The translations under genes were made by a program, and so were the position numbers. The notes beneath the pieces were generated by a model, which had not been told where the DNA came from, did not search any database, and was given only the letters and a program-made list of their open reading frames with translations. Of a DNA stretch of 49,569 bases, positions 1 through 9,018 are shown piece by piece. Origin of the DNA: an uncultured Planctomycetaceae bacterium (GTDB taxonomy: Bacteria; Planctomycetota; Planctomycetia; Pirellulales; UBA1268); assembly GCA_903831155.1 (NCBI GenBank), contig CAIKWU010000045.1, positions 1 to 49,569 of the forward strand, in the 5' to 3' direction. Within the stretch, counting starts at the first letter, position 1. Each line of letters starts with the position of its first letter.

Positions 1-315
1 CACGAGGCCCTTGTCACCCTGGTCGCTGGCGATGATCCGACCGCGGGGATCGGTGGTGAGGCACACCCAGGAGCCAAGCTCCTCCCTCGGTACCACGAAC
101 AGCCGATCGACCGCAAAGCCGTTCGGCACGGTGAACGCTGGCCCGAGATCGCCGTCCGCCGGCTTTCCCGACTCCGCCGACGCCACCGGCATCGGCGTGA
201 CCGGCTGCTCCCAGACCGACCGCTCAGCCGCGGGGGCAGGACCGCTGCCCGCGAGGACGGCCGCGAGCACCGCGCCGCACATCACCCGTTCGACCATGGA
301 CGCAGTGATGGGCAT
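1..315 (-). CDS. secreted protein, N-terminal fragment (PVC-type membrane-bound dehydrogenase / haem-binding protein-like); gene runs off the window edge
   Basis: Open-ended frame, absent from the ORF track. I translated it by hand: ATG at 315, 2 nt after the receiver gene stop. Product is MPITASMVERVMCGAVLAAVLAGSGPAPAAERSVWEQPV...FTVPNGFAVDRLFVVPREELGSWVCLTTDPRGRIIASDQGDKGLV. This is a signal peptide followed by the GF-x-V...QGSWV...D-x-GR-x-I-x-SDQ module I associate with planctomycetal membrane-bound dehydrogenase-domain proteins. Confidence 0.5.
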   Translation of the reverse strand, partial: MPITASMVERVMCGAVLAAVLAGSGPAPAAERSVWEQPVTPMPVASAESGKPADGDLGPAFTVPNGFAVDRLFVVPREELGSWVCLTTDPRGRIIASDQGDKGLV

Positions 316-317
316 CG

Positions 318-782
318 TCAGGACAGCAGGCGATCGACGCTCTCGAGGAGCCTGTCCATTGCGAACGGCTTGCGGATGTAGTCGTCCACGCCGAGCATTT
401 CGGCATAGGCCTTGTGCCGGCTCCCCTCGTTGGCGGTGATCATGATCACCCGCATCGGATTCGGTCGGCTGCGGCGGAGCTTTTCCAGCACGAGGAAGCC
501 GCTCCGTTTCGGCATCATCATGTCGAGCACCACGAGATCCGGCTCTTCGGCTTCCGCGAGCGCCAGGCCCTGATTGCCGTCGCGGGCGACGAGAATCGCG
601 TAGCCCCGGGATTCGAGCACGGCCCGCATCGACTCGACGATCTCGGGATCGTCGTCCACCAGCAGGATCCGCTTGCCCCCCGTGCCGCCAGTTGCACCGT
701 CCGCCGCCACCTCGGACGACGGTGTGGAGCGACCGCCCGGCTCCGACCGCGTTGCCTTCTTCGCTGCTCGCTTGACTGCCAT
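318..782 (-). CDS. stand-alone response regulator receiver (CheY-like) with basic N-terminal extension
   Basis: 154 aa. Receiver hallmarks: LLVDDDPEI acidic pocket, VVLDMMMP phospho-acceptor Asp context, IMITA Thr, YIRKPF Lys. No output domain. First 37 aa are Lys/Ala/Gly-rich (MAVKRAAKKATRSEPGG...). ATG at 782. Confidence 0.9.
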   Translation of the reverse strand: MAVKRAAKKATRSEPGGRSTPSSEVAADGATGGTGGKRILLVDDDPEIVESMRAVLESRGYAILVARDGNQGLALAEAEEPDLVVLDMMMPKRSGFLVLEKLRRSRPNPMRVIMITANEGSRHKAYAEMLGVDDYIRKPFAMDRLLESVDRLLS

Positions 783-836
783 GAGGCCTCCGCTCGATGC
801 CGAATCACGCCCTTCCTCGGACGGACCGCGATCGTA

Positions 837-1553
837 TCACGCGGTCGATTCCGGGGCTACCGAGTGGCGGGCAAGGCGGGGACCGCCGAGGCAGCAGGCC
901 GCCGCGATCAGGCCCACCGCCGCGCCGCAGGCGACATCGCTTGGGTAGTGGGCCGACGTCGTCACACGCTGCACGGCAGTCGCCACAGCGAGCGCCGCGA
1001 ACAGCGGCCAGCCGTGCGGATACCTCCAGGAGAGCGCTGCGGCGAGCCCGGCCGCCACGGCGGAGTGCCCCGACGGAAAGCTCATGAGGTCGGTCGCGTG
1101 GGGCTTCTCGACCGCCAGCGCGGCGTCGCCGAACGTGCCCAGCCACGAGCCCACGCTCGCGAGATCGGCCGCCCGCGGCCGCACCCGCTCCACCGACACC
1201 TTCACCACGTCCACGAGGAGGCCGCCCAGATAGGTGGCGGCGATCATCGCGGCGAACGATCGCTCGCCGGGGCCCCATCGTCGGGGCAGGGGAAGTTGCA
1301 GCGTGCGGTCCAGGGTCACCACGGCGACGAGTGCCAGGGCCGCGCCGAGTGAGTGGCCGCTGATCTCGAGAAGGTTGATGAGCCGGCCGATCTCGCCAGG
1401 CAGTCGATTCCTCTTGCACCACTCCGCAACCGGCAGGTCGATGAGAAACGCCGCCGCCCCGACGGCCACCAGCCCAGTGGCCACGGCGAGCAGCGACGCC
1501 TGAAATGGAGTGATCCGCCTCCCGGCGGGGGGAATGTGATGCGTGACGGTCAT
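837..1553 (-). CDS. PAP2-family membrane phosphatase
   Basis: 238 aa, multiple hydrophobic helices. Tripartite PAP2 motif: K-x6-RP (VKVSVERVRPRA), PSGH (SFPSGHSA), SR-x5-H-x3-D-like (VQRVTTSAHYPSDV). Confidence 0.85.
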   Translation of the reverse strand: MTVTHHIPPAGRRITPFQASLLAVATGLVAVGAAAFLIDLPVAEWCKRNRLPGEIGRLINLLEISGHSLGAALALVAVVTLDRTLQLPLPRRWGPGERSFAAMIAATYLGGLLVDVVKVSVERVRPRAADLASVGSWLGTFGDAALAVEKPHATDLMSFPSGHSAVAAGLAAALSWRYPHGWPLFAALAVATAVQRVTTSAHYPSDVACGAAVGLIAAACCLGGPRLARHSVAPESTA

Positions 1554-1629
1554 GGAAAAAGTGTCGCAGACACACGCGGCTCCGGTCGAGAGGGTTTTCG
1601 AGCGGTGCGAATCCCGCCTCGCCGCCCCG

Positions 1630-3195
1630 TCACTGCCACAGGCTTCGGTCGAGGAGCCGGTAGTTGATCGCCTCGCTGATGTGGCCGCAGGAGATCAGGT
1701 CGACGGCGTCGAGGTCGGCGATGGTCCGCGCCACCCGTAGCACCTTGTCGTGCGCGCGTGCCGACAGGCCCAGGTCGGCCACGGCGGCCCGCAGCAGTTC
1801 CGACGCGGCGGGTTCCGTCCGGCAGTGCTCGCGGATCTCGCGGCTTGTCATCCGGGCGTTGCATCGCGTGCCCCGCGACGCTGCCTCGCCGAATCTCGCC
1901 GCCTGCCTGATCCGCGCCGCAAGCACGGCCTCGCGGAGCTGGCCGCTCGAGGTGCCGGAACGCGACGCCGACAGCTCACGGAACGGAACGGCCGGGACCT
2001 CGAGGTGGATATCGATCCGGTCGAGCAGCGGCCCCGAGATCTTGCCCATGTATTTCTCCACCGCCGGCCCGGTGCACTGGCACGCCCGCCGCGGATCGCC
2101 GCGGTAGCCGCACGGGCACGGATTGAGCGCAGCCACGAGCATGAAGTCGGCCGGAAAACGGGTGGTCGACTTGGCCCGGCTGATCGTCACGGCTCCCTCC
2201 TCCAGAGGCTGCCGCATCACCTCGAGCGTTCGTCGCTGAAACTCGGGCAGTTCGTCGAGGAACAGGACACCGTTGTGGGCCAGCGAGATCTCGCCTGGCA
2301 TGGGGATCGAGCGGCCGCCGACCAGGCCCGCCTCAGAGATGGTGTGGTGGGGAGCCCGGAAGGGCCGCGTGGCCATCAGGGGCTGGCCCGGCTGCATCAG
2401 CCCCAGCGCGCTGTAGATCCGCGTGGTCTCGATCGACTCCTGCGCGGACAGCGGCGGGAGGATCGTGGGAATCCGCTTCGCCAGCATCGTCTTGCCGCCC
2501 CCCGGGGGGCCGACCATCGCGATGTTGTGACCGCCCGCCGCCGCCACGCAGATCGCCCGCTTGGCCGCCTCCTGGCCGCGGACGTCGGCGAAGTCGACGT
2601 CGTAGCTGGCGAACCGGTCGAACCACTCGCTCACGCGGGTCGGTGCGGGCGGGATGTCGAGCTCACCGGCGAAGAACTGCACGGCCTCGGTCAGCGACGC
2701 CACCGGGATCACGTCGATGTCCTCGACGACCGCGGCCTCGGTGGCGCTCGCGGCCGGCACGACGACCCCCTTGAGCGGCCGCCCACCCCGTTCCCGCCGC
2801 TGCCGGGCTGCCGCCATCGCAATCGAGAGCGCCCCCCGCGCCGGCCTCGTGGAGCCCTCGAGCGAAAGCTCGCCAACGACGGCGTAGTCGGCCAGCCGCT
2901 CGGTCGGAACCTGCCCGCTGCCGGCCAGGATGCCCAGCGTGATCGGCAGGTCGAACGTCGCAGCCTGCTTGGGCAACTCCGCCGGGGCGAGATTCACCAC
3001 GATCCGGTCGTTCGGCCGGTTGTAGCCGGAGTTGACCATCGCCCGGGCCACGCGATGGGTGCTCTCCCGGATCGCGGTGTCGGCCATCCCGACAAGCACC
3101 GTGGCGGGCAGTGCGCCCCCGGAGACATCGACTTCGACATCGACAGGCACGGCCTCGATCCCGAACAATGAGAAGGTCTGCAATCGGGCGAGCAT
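1630..3195 (-). CDS. comM: YifB/ComM-family Mg-chelatase-like AAA+ ATPase
   Basis: 521 aa. Typical N-terminus MLARLQTFSLFGIEAVPVDVEVDV, Walker A GPPGGGKTMLAKR, Walker B VLFLDELPEF, conserved C-terminal SARAHDKVLRVARTIADL region. Confidence 0.9.
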   Translation of the reverse strand: MLARLQTFSLFGIEAVPVDVEVDVSGGALPATVLVGMADTAIRESTHRVARAMVNSGYNRPNDRIVVNLAPAELPKQAATFDLPITLGILAGSGQVPTERLADYAVVGELSLEGSTRPARGALSIAMAAARQRRERGGRPLKGVVVPAASATEAAVVEDIDVIPVASLTEAVQFFAGELDIPPAPTRVSEWFDRFASYDVDFADVRGQEAAKRAICVAAAGGHNIAMVGPPGGGKTMLAKRIPTILPPLSAQESIETTRIYSALGLMQPGQPLMATRPFRAPHHTISEAGLVGGRSIPMPGEISLAHNGVLFLDELPEFQRRTLEVMRQPLEEGAVTISRAKSTTRFPADFMLVAALNPCPCGYRGDPRRACQCTGPAVEKYMGKISGPLLDRIDIHLEVPAVPFRELSASRSGTSSGQLREAVLAARIRQAARFGEAASRGTRCNARMTSREIREHCRTEPAASELLRAAVADLGLSARAHDKVLRVARTIADLDAVDLISCGHISEAINYRLLDRSLWQ

Positions 3196-3227
3196 GGTTC
3201 ACCTCTGTTGACGGAGCGGATGCTGCA

Positions 3228-5405
3228 ATGCCATATGGTGTATGGATGTACAGTCTTTTGTCAAGGCGCAGGCGGCCGGCCTGGAAATGGGCCCGGACGA
3301 CGCCCCTTTGGGCGAGCCTTCTCGTGGCCCTCATGATGGGGCTCGACGCCGTCGCCGATGAGGGAATGTGGCTTTTCTCGGCGCCGCCAGTCGACCGCAT
3401 CGAGGCCGACCACGGCATCAGGCTCACTCCCCAGTGGCTCGAGCATGTGCGGCTGTCGAGCGTGCGGTTCAGCTCCGGCGGCTCGGGATCATTCGTCTCG
3501 GCCGACGGGCTCGTGCTCACCAACCACCACGTGGGCGCCGACGCCATCCAGAAGCTCGGCGACGCCTCCCGCGACCTGCTGAAGGACGGCTTTCTCGCCG
3601 CGACCGTCGCCGACGAGCTCCGCTGCCACGATCTCGAACTCAACGTGCTCGTGTCGATCGAGGACGTCACCGACCGGGTGCAGGCCGCGGTGCCGGAGGC
3701 GATGGCGGACGACGAGGCGGTGATCGCCCGCCGGGCGGCGATGGCCGACATCGAGAAGGCGTCGCTCGCCGCCACCGGGCTGCGGAGCGACGTGGTCACC
3801 CTCTGGCAGGGCGGGGGCTATCACCTCTACCGGTCGAAGAAATACACCGACGTGAGGCTGGTGTTCGCCCCGGAACAGCAGATCGCCTTCTTCGGCGGCG
3901 ACGCCGACAACTTCGAGTTTCCGCGCTACAACCTCGACGTCTGCTTCTTCCGCGCCTACGAGGAGGGGCGGCCGGCCAGGGTGGGGCACCATCTCGCGTG
4001 GGCGACGCAGCCAGTCGCGGCGGGGGACGTCGTGTTCGTGTCGGGCCACCCAGGCCACACCGACCGGGGCGCCACCGTGGCGGAGCTGGCCTCGCTTCGT
4101 GACCGGCGGCTGCCGCTTGACCTGCGGATTCTCAACCGGCTCGAGGCAACGATCGGGGCCTACGCCACCCGGGGCCCGGAGGAGCGCAGACAAGCGACAC
4201 AGGATCTGCACGGCGTCGAGAACGGCCGCAAGGCGCGATCGGGGGTGCTCGCCGGGCTCCTCGACCCGCGGATCATGGCAGCGAAGCGGAAGGCAGAGAT
4301 GCTGCTGCGGGCGGAACTCGATGGCGGCACGACGGGCCGATCCTCGCCGTTTCTGCGGATCGAGGAGGCGCAGCGGGCGATCGACGCGGTCGCCGAGCGG
4401 CATCGCCTGCTCGAGGGCGCGGCGGGATTCAACAGCGACTTTTTCCGCACGGCCCGGACGATCCTCCGCGCAGTGGAGGAGGGGGCGAAGCCGAACGGAC
4501 TGAGACTCCGCGAGTATCGCGACTCGAACCGCGAGTCACTCCTGCATCAACTGTTCTCGAAAAAACCGGTCTATGACGGGTTCGAGACGGTCAAACTTGC
4601 CGACTCGCTGACGTTCCTGGCCACGACCCTCGGCGGCGACGATCCGCTCGTCGTGCGAGTGCTCGATGGCCTGCCCCCCGCCGAGCGGGCGGCGGGTCTG
4701 GTGGCGGGCACCGAACTGGGCAAGCGGCCCGACGAGTCGGGGCGTCGCGACGTCCGCCGCGAGCTCTACGATGGTGGTCAGGCCGCGATTGAGGCGTCGA
4801 CCGATCCCATGCTCGCCCTGGCGAGACTCGTCGACGGCGAGTCGAGGCGGCTACGGACGATCGTGGAGAGCGCCGACGAGGTGAAGAAGCAGGCTCACGC
4901 GGAGATCGCGCGGGCGAGGTTCTCGAGGGACGGGCTCGCGGTCTATCCCGACGCCACGTTCACGCTCCGCCTGTCCTATGGCGTGGTGACGGGGGGAACG
5001 CAGGCCGGCGTTTCCTATCCGGCGATCACGACCTACCGCGGGCTCTTCGCGCGGGCGGATGAGAAGCGGGAGACGCCGCCCTTCGACCTTCCGGCACGCT
5101 GGCGGGCAGCCCGCGACCGGCTCGCCTCCGATGCGGCCTTTCTCGACAGCCCGTTCAACTTCGCCTGCACGGCCGACATCATCGGGGGCAACTCGGGGAG
5201 CCCGGTGGTCAACTCCGATGGAGAGCTCGTGGGCGTGATCTTCGACGGCAACATCGATTCCCTCGTTCTCGACGTGGCCTACGACGACGAGCGGGCCCGG
5301 GCCGTTGCGGTGGCGGCATCCGGTATCCGCGCCGCCCTCGATTGCGTCTATGCCGCGCGATCGCTGGTCGACAAGACCGTGACACGTCCGGCCACCGCCC
5401 GCTAG
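3228..5405 (+). CDS. S46-family dipeptidyl-peptidase (DPP7/DPP11-like serine peptidase)
   Basis: Signal-like N-terminus, then the family-typical ADEGMWLF start of the mature enzyme. Catalytic His in GLVLTNHHVG and Ser in GGNSGSPVVN. The ORF-track start 3111 overlaps comM on the other strand, so the ATG at 3228 is preferred. Confidence 0.88.
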   Translation: MPYGVWMYSLLSRRRRPAWKWARTTPLWASLLVALMMGLDAVADEGMWLFSAPPVDRIEADHGIRLTPQWLEHVRLSSVRFSSGGSGSFVSADGLVLTNHHVGADAIQKLGDASRDLLKDGFLAATVADELRCHDLELNVLVSIEDVTDRVQAAVPEAMADDEAVIARRAAMADIEKASLAATGLRSDVVTLWQGGGYHLYRSKKYTDVRLVFAPEQQIAFFGGDADNFEFPRYNLDVCFFRAYEEGRPARVGHHLAWATQPVAAGDVVFVSGHPGHTDRGATVAELASLRDRRLPLDLRILNRLEATIGAYATRGPEERRQATQDLHGVENGRKARSGVLAGLLDPRIMAAKRKAEMLLRAELDGGTTGRSSPFLRIEEAQRAIDAVAERHRLLEGAAGFNSDFFRTARTILRAVEEGAKPNGLRLREYRDSNRESLLHQLFSKKPVYDGFETVKLADSLTFLATTLGGDDPLVVRVLDGLPPAERAAGLVAGTELGKRPDESGRRDVRRELYDGGQAAIEASTDPMLALARLVDGESRRLRTIVESADEVKKQAHAEIARARFSRDGLAVYPDATFTLRLSYGVVTGGTQAGVSYPAITTYRGLFARADEKRETPPFDLPARWRAARDRLASDAAFLDSPFNFACTADIIGGNSGSPVVNSDGELVGVIFDGNIDSLVLDVAYDDERARAVAVAASGIRAALDCVYAARSLVDKTVTRPATAR

Positions 5406-5440
5406 ACTCCCGGCGTCGATCCCGCCCCGCAGGTTCCCGC

Positions 5441-6511
5441 ATGATCGCGGCCCCTCCCCGTTGTGCCGCTTCCCTCGTGATCGCCCTGGGCGTGGTGGGC
5501 GCGACCGCGTTGGTCCGCGCCGCGGAGGAGCCGGTGGCGGAGATCACGATCGGCGACATCAGGCTCGGAAACCGCATCGCCGGGCCGGCCGTCGACCAGA
5601 AGGCTCTGGTCCACCGCGTCGTCGTGCTGGAGTTCTGGGGCGTCAACTGCCCGCCGTGCATCAAGAGCATGCCGGCGCTCGAGCAGCTCCATCGGCAGTT
5701 TTCCGCCGCGGGGCTCGCCGTCATCGGAGCCCACGCCCAGCAGGCGTCGCCCGAAGAGATCGCGAGCGTGGTCGAGGAACTCGGCGTCACCTTTCCGATC
5801 GTCGAGACCGCGACGGTGGACGGAGGCATGGGGTTCTCGGGGATTCCCCATTGCATGGTGTTCGACCACACGGGCACCTGCGTGTTTCGCGGCCACCCCA
5901 ACCGGGCTCACGACGTGATCGTGTCAGCCGTGCGGTCGTCGCCGGCCGCCATCCTCGAGGGGCGGGAACTCGCGAGGCTCGCGCCCCTCGCGGCCCAGCT
6001 CCGCGACGAGGGGGCATTCGGGACCGTCCTCCGTCGCGTCCGGAGCCTGGTCGAGTCGCCTGATCCGCAGACGGCGAGCGAGGCCACGTTCGTGGTGGCC
6101 AAACTCGAGGGCCATGCCGCCAGGCTGCTCGCCGACGCCGAGGCGGCGAAAGCGGATGATCCCCTGCGGGCACTCCACTATGCCCAACGGTGTGCCGCCG
6201 CCTTCCGGGGCACCGCCGCCGGCCGCCAGGCGACCGAGCTTCTCAGTGCCTGGAAGAAGGACCGGGGATTTCAGGATGGCCTTGAAGCGGCCCGCCAGTG
6301 TCGGCGGCTCGAACTGGCACGAGCGCGGATCATGCAGTCGCTCGGCGAGCCGGAGGCGATCACGCCCGAACTCGCCGGGAGGGTGCCCGAACCGCTGCGG
6401 CGGCAGCTCGCGGCGACCGCGGAGAAGGTGGCCCAGCTGAGCCCGAACTCGGTGAGCGCCGAGCGGGCCGCGGCGATCGCGGCGGAGTTCGGCCTCGGCG
6501 TGGTACCGTAG
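5441..6511 (+). CDS. TlpA/ResA-like thiol-disulfide oxidoreductase with about 190-aa helical C-terminal extension
   Basis: Signal-like MIAAPPRCAASLVIALGVVGATALVRA. Thioredoxin-fold motif VVVLEFWGVNCPPCIKSMPALEQL (CPPC). The C-terminal half is Ala/Arg/Leu-rich and helical. ATG at 5441 chosen over the ORF-track start 5342, which overlaps the S46 gene end. Confidence 0.7.
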   Translation: MIAAPPRCAASLVIALGVVGATALVRAAEEPVAEITIGDIRLGNRIAGPAVDQKALVHRVVVLEFWGVNCPPCIKSMPALEQLHRQFSAAGLAVIGAHAQQASPEEIASVVEELGVTFPIVETATVDGGMGFSGIPHCMVFDHTGTCVFRGHPNRAHDVIVSAVRSSPAAILEGRELARLAPLAAQLRDEGAFGTVLRRVRSLVESPDPQTASEATFVVAKLEGHAARLLADAEAAKADDPLRALHYAQRCAAAFRGTAAGRQATELLSAWKKDRGFQDGLEAARQCRRLELARARIMQSLGEPEAITPELAGRVPEPLRRQLAATAEKVAQLSPNSVSAERAAAIAAEFGLGVVP

Positions 6512-6531
6512 GGAATGGTCGCGGGGTCCGC

Positions 6532-7182
6532 ATGTCACGATCCACCGGGTGCGTCATGAGGTTCAGGAACGCGGCGTATGCCGCGACGATGCTGCTCGCC
6601 GTGTCGGGGAGCGCCTGCGGAGACGACGCGTGGACGTCGCTGTTCGACGGCCGGTCGCTCGGCGACTGGAAGGCCACGGCGTTCGGCGGAGGCGAGGAGC
6701 CGACGGTCGTGGACGGCGCGATCCGCATCCCGCCAGGGGCCGACCTGAACGGCGTCACCTGGGACGGCGACTTTCCCCGCCAGGGGTATGAGCTCGCGCT
6801 CGAGGCCCGGCGCGTCGATGGCAATGACTTCTTCTGCGGGCTCACCTTTCCCGTCGGCGAGAACTGCTGCAGCCTGATTCTCGGCGGCTGGGGGGGCACG
6901 ATCACCGGGCTGTCGTGCATCGATGGCCGCGATGCGGGCGACAACGAAACCACCGACTCGATGACATTCGAGAAGGGCCGCTGGTACGACGTTCGCGTGC
7001 GGGTGACCTCGGAGCGGATCGAGTGCCTCGTGGATGGCGCGGCGATCGTGGACCAGGAGACCTCGAACCGACGCATCGACGTGCGGGCCGAGGTGATCCC
7101 CAGCCAGCCCCTCGGCATCGCCACCTACGCCACGACCGGGGAGGCGCGGAACCTCCGCTGGCGGCCCCTGCCTCAGCCATGA
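6532..7182 (+). CDS. DUF1080 (3-keto-disaccharide hydrolase-like) domain protein, secreted
   Basis: Signal peptide MRFRNAAYAATMLLAVSGSACG, then WTSLFDGRSLGDWK...FFCGLTFPVGE...WYDVRVRV...IECLVDG...LGIATY...RNLRWRPL. This is the concanavalin-like DUF1080 pattern common in Planctomycetes. Alternative start at 6556. Confidence 0.75.
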   Translation: MSRSTGCVMRFRNAAYAATMLLAVSGSACGDDAWTSLFDGRSLGDWKATAFGGGEEPTVVDGAIRIPPGADLNGVTWDGDFPRQGYELALEARRVDGNDFFCGLTFPVGENCCSLILGGWGGTITGLSCIDGRDAGDNETTDSMTFEKGRWYDVRVRVTSERIECLVDGAAIVDQETSNRRIDVRAEVIPSQPLGIATYATTGEARNLRWRPLPQP

Positions 7183-7880
7183 CCACGCCCGACTCCTCCC
7201 AGGACGAGCGGGGCGACCGCGACCGGCTGCGGCAGCGGATCGCGGAGGAGGCGGCGCGGGGCGTGTCGCGGGGCAGCGACGCGCGGCGGGCGACGTTTCG
7301 AGCGGCGCGGCGGGTGGCCCATGGCTGGGTGCCTGACGACCGCCTGCCGGAAGCGAACGAGGTCTGCGACGAGGTCCGCCGGGAACTCGACGCCACGGCA
7401 TCGCTGCAGCACCTCGTCGGCGACCGCTTTGACGCGATCGCGACGATCGTCTCCATCCTCGCCACGGTGCGGCAGAACCCGGTGACCTGCCCGGAGGGCG
7501 ACGCACTCGAACACACACTGCAGGTGTTCGATCTCGTGCACCGGGAGCGGCCCTACGACGAGGAACTCCTGACGGCCGCGCTCGTGCACGACGTCGGCCG
7601 GGCGATCGATCGCGGGGATCCGGTGGCAGCGACGATGGAAGCGGTCGGCGATCTCGTCACCGACCGGACACGATGGCTCGTCGAGACGCTGCCGGCGGCC
7701 CGAGGCCATGTCGAGCGGACGCTCGGCCATCGTGCACGACGTCGGCTCGAGGCCCACGCTGATTTTCTCGACGTGCTCGTCCTCGCAGAGGCCGACCGGC
7801 AGGCTCACGTGCGGGGCTACCCGGCACCGACCCTCGACGAGGCGATCGCGATCCTGCGAGCGCTCGACCAGGGAAACTGA
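7179..7880 (+). CDS. HD-domain protein (putative metal-dependent phosphohydrolase)
   Basis: 233 aa. ATG overlaps the stop of the previous gene (ATGA at 7179-7182). H...HD pattern (ALEHTLQVFDLV ... AALVHDVGRA). No other recognisable motif. Confidence 0.5.
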   Translation: MTTPDSSQDERGDRDRLRQRIAEEAARGVSRGSDARRATFRAARRVAHGWVPDDRLPEANEVCDEVRRELDATASLQHLVGDRFDAIATIVSILATVRQNPVTCPEGDALEHTLQVFDLVHRERPYDEELLTAALVHDVGRAIDRGDPVAATMEAVGDLVTDRTRWLVETLPAARGHVERTLGHRARRRLEAHADFLDVLVLAEADRQAHVRGYPAPTLDEAIAILRALDQGN

Positions 7881-7973
7881 CGCCGCCCACGCCGAGTTCG
7901 TGCCGCGGGCAGCCGACAACTCAGCAGGCGGCAGGCACGGGAGGCCCGCAGAGGGTGATCGCCGTCGAGGGGT

Positions 7974-8600
7974 TCACTCCGGCGGGTGGCCGTCGAGGGC
8001 GATCCGCACCGCCTCCCGGGCGTCCCGCCAGCGGCTCTTCACGGTCCGCTCGCTGCAGTCGAGCAGGCCGGCGATCGTCTTCTGGTCGGCATCGAGGTAC
8101 CAGACGAGGTGAAACACCTCGCGAAGCTCGGCTGGCAGAGCCGCGATCGCCTCATGGAACTGAGTCCAGCGTTCGAGCGGATCGACCGGGGCGGGCGCCG
8201 CGGCGATCGCCTGCGGCGTGTCCGGAGTCGACTGGTCGCCGGGGCGACCGAGATTGGTGGCGTGGTTGGCGGCAAACGACCGGGGGCCGGCATGCCGCCG
8301 GGCGAGGTCGATGAGCTCGCGATGAATCTGGGTGGCCGCGAGTGCCATGATCGACCGGGGGGAATCAATGGGCACCTGGCCGAGCGCCCGGTGCAAACGC
8401 ATGGCGGCGTTCTGGAACACGTCGTCGGTGTCGTCCCAGCGACGGACGTTTGGAAACCTCGAGAGCATCCTGCTGGCGAGCACCCGCAGCCGGTCGGCGC
8501 AGACCTCGATGATCGTGTCGCGGGCCGAGAGGTCGCCGTCGGCCAGCCGCCGCAGGCAGGAGGTGAGCTTCGACGAGTCGGGGTCGGGGGTCAGCGACAT
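7974..8600 (-). CDS. ECF-type sigma-70 family RNA polymerase sigma factor
   Basis: 208 aa. Region 2 (DDTDDVFQNAAMRLHRAL) and region 4 HTH (ELREVFHLVWYLDADQKTIAGLLDCSERTVKSRWRDAREAV). No regions 1.1 or 3. Divergent from the kinase gene. Confidence 0.85.
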   Translation of the reverse strand: MSLTPDPDSSKLTSCLRRLADGDLSARDTIIEVCADRLRVLASRMLSRFPNVRRWDDTDDVFQNAAMRLHRALGQVPIDSPRSIMALAATQIHRELIDLARRHAGPRSFAANHATNLGRPGDQSTPDTPQAIAAAPAPVDPLERWTQFHEAIAALPAELREVFHLVWYLDADQKTIAGLLDCSERTVKSRWRDAREAVRIALDGHPPE

Positions 8601-8705
8601 GGCGGCGGGTTTCTGGGGAAAAACGCGGCTTCTGAGGATCGTAGCCGATTTTTTTGCCCCTCGTGGCGGCGGCTCTCGCCTTTACGAAAGGAGGACCGTT
8701 TTGCC

Positions 8706-9008
8706 ATGAAGCCACGCACGACCGCGAGCCCCCGGCGACCGTTTTCTGCCACGCGCAGTGAGACCAGTCTGTCAGGGGGAAACGACGAACGGCATCTCAT
8801 GGGGTTGCTGGGGCTGCCGGCCCGCGCTCACGATCCGGTCACAATCATCACCGCTGCCCATGTCCGGCTGCGTCGCTGGCGGCGGCGGCTCGAGCCGGGG
8901 CCGGGTCACGTGCCGGTCGCCGGCGACCGGATCAGGCTCATCGCAGCCGCCCGCGACACGCTCCTGAGGCGGGCATGCCGCTCCGCCGAGGTCGAGGCCG
9001 GATCCTGA
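8706..9008 (+). CDS. small hypothetical protein upstream of the Ser/Thr kinase (70-100 aa)
   Basis: AAGGAGG Shine-Dalgarno about 11 nt before the ATG at 8706. Third-position GC becomes gene-like from the internal ATG at 8799 (MGLLGLPARAHDPVTIITAAHVRLRRWRRRL...). Ends 10 nt before the kinase start. No family recognised. Confidence 0.4.
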   Translation: MKPRTTASPRRPFSATRSETSLSGGNDERHLMGLLGLPARAHDPVTIITAAHVRLRRWRRRLEPGPGHVPVAGDRIRLIAAARDTLLRRACRSAEVEAGS

Positions 9009-9018
9009 CCAGCCGGCA

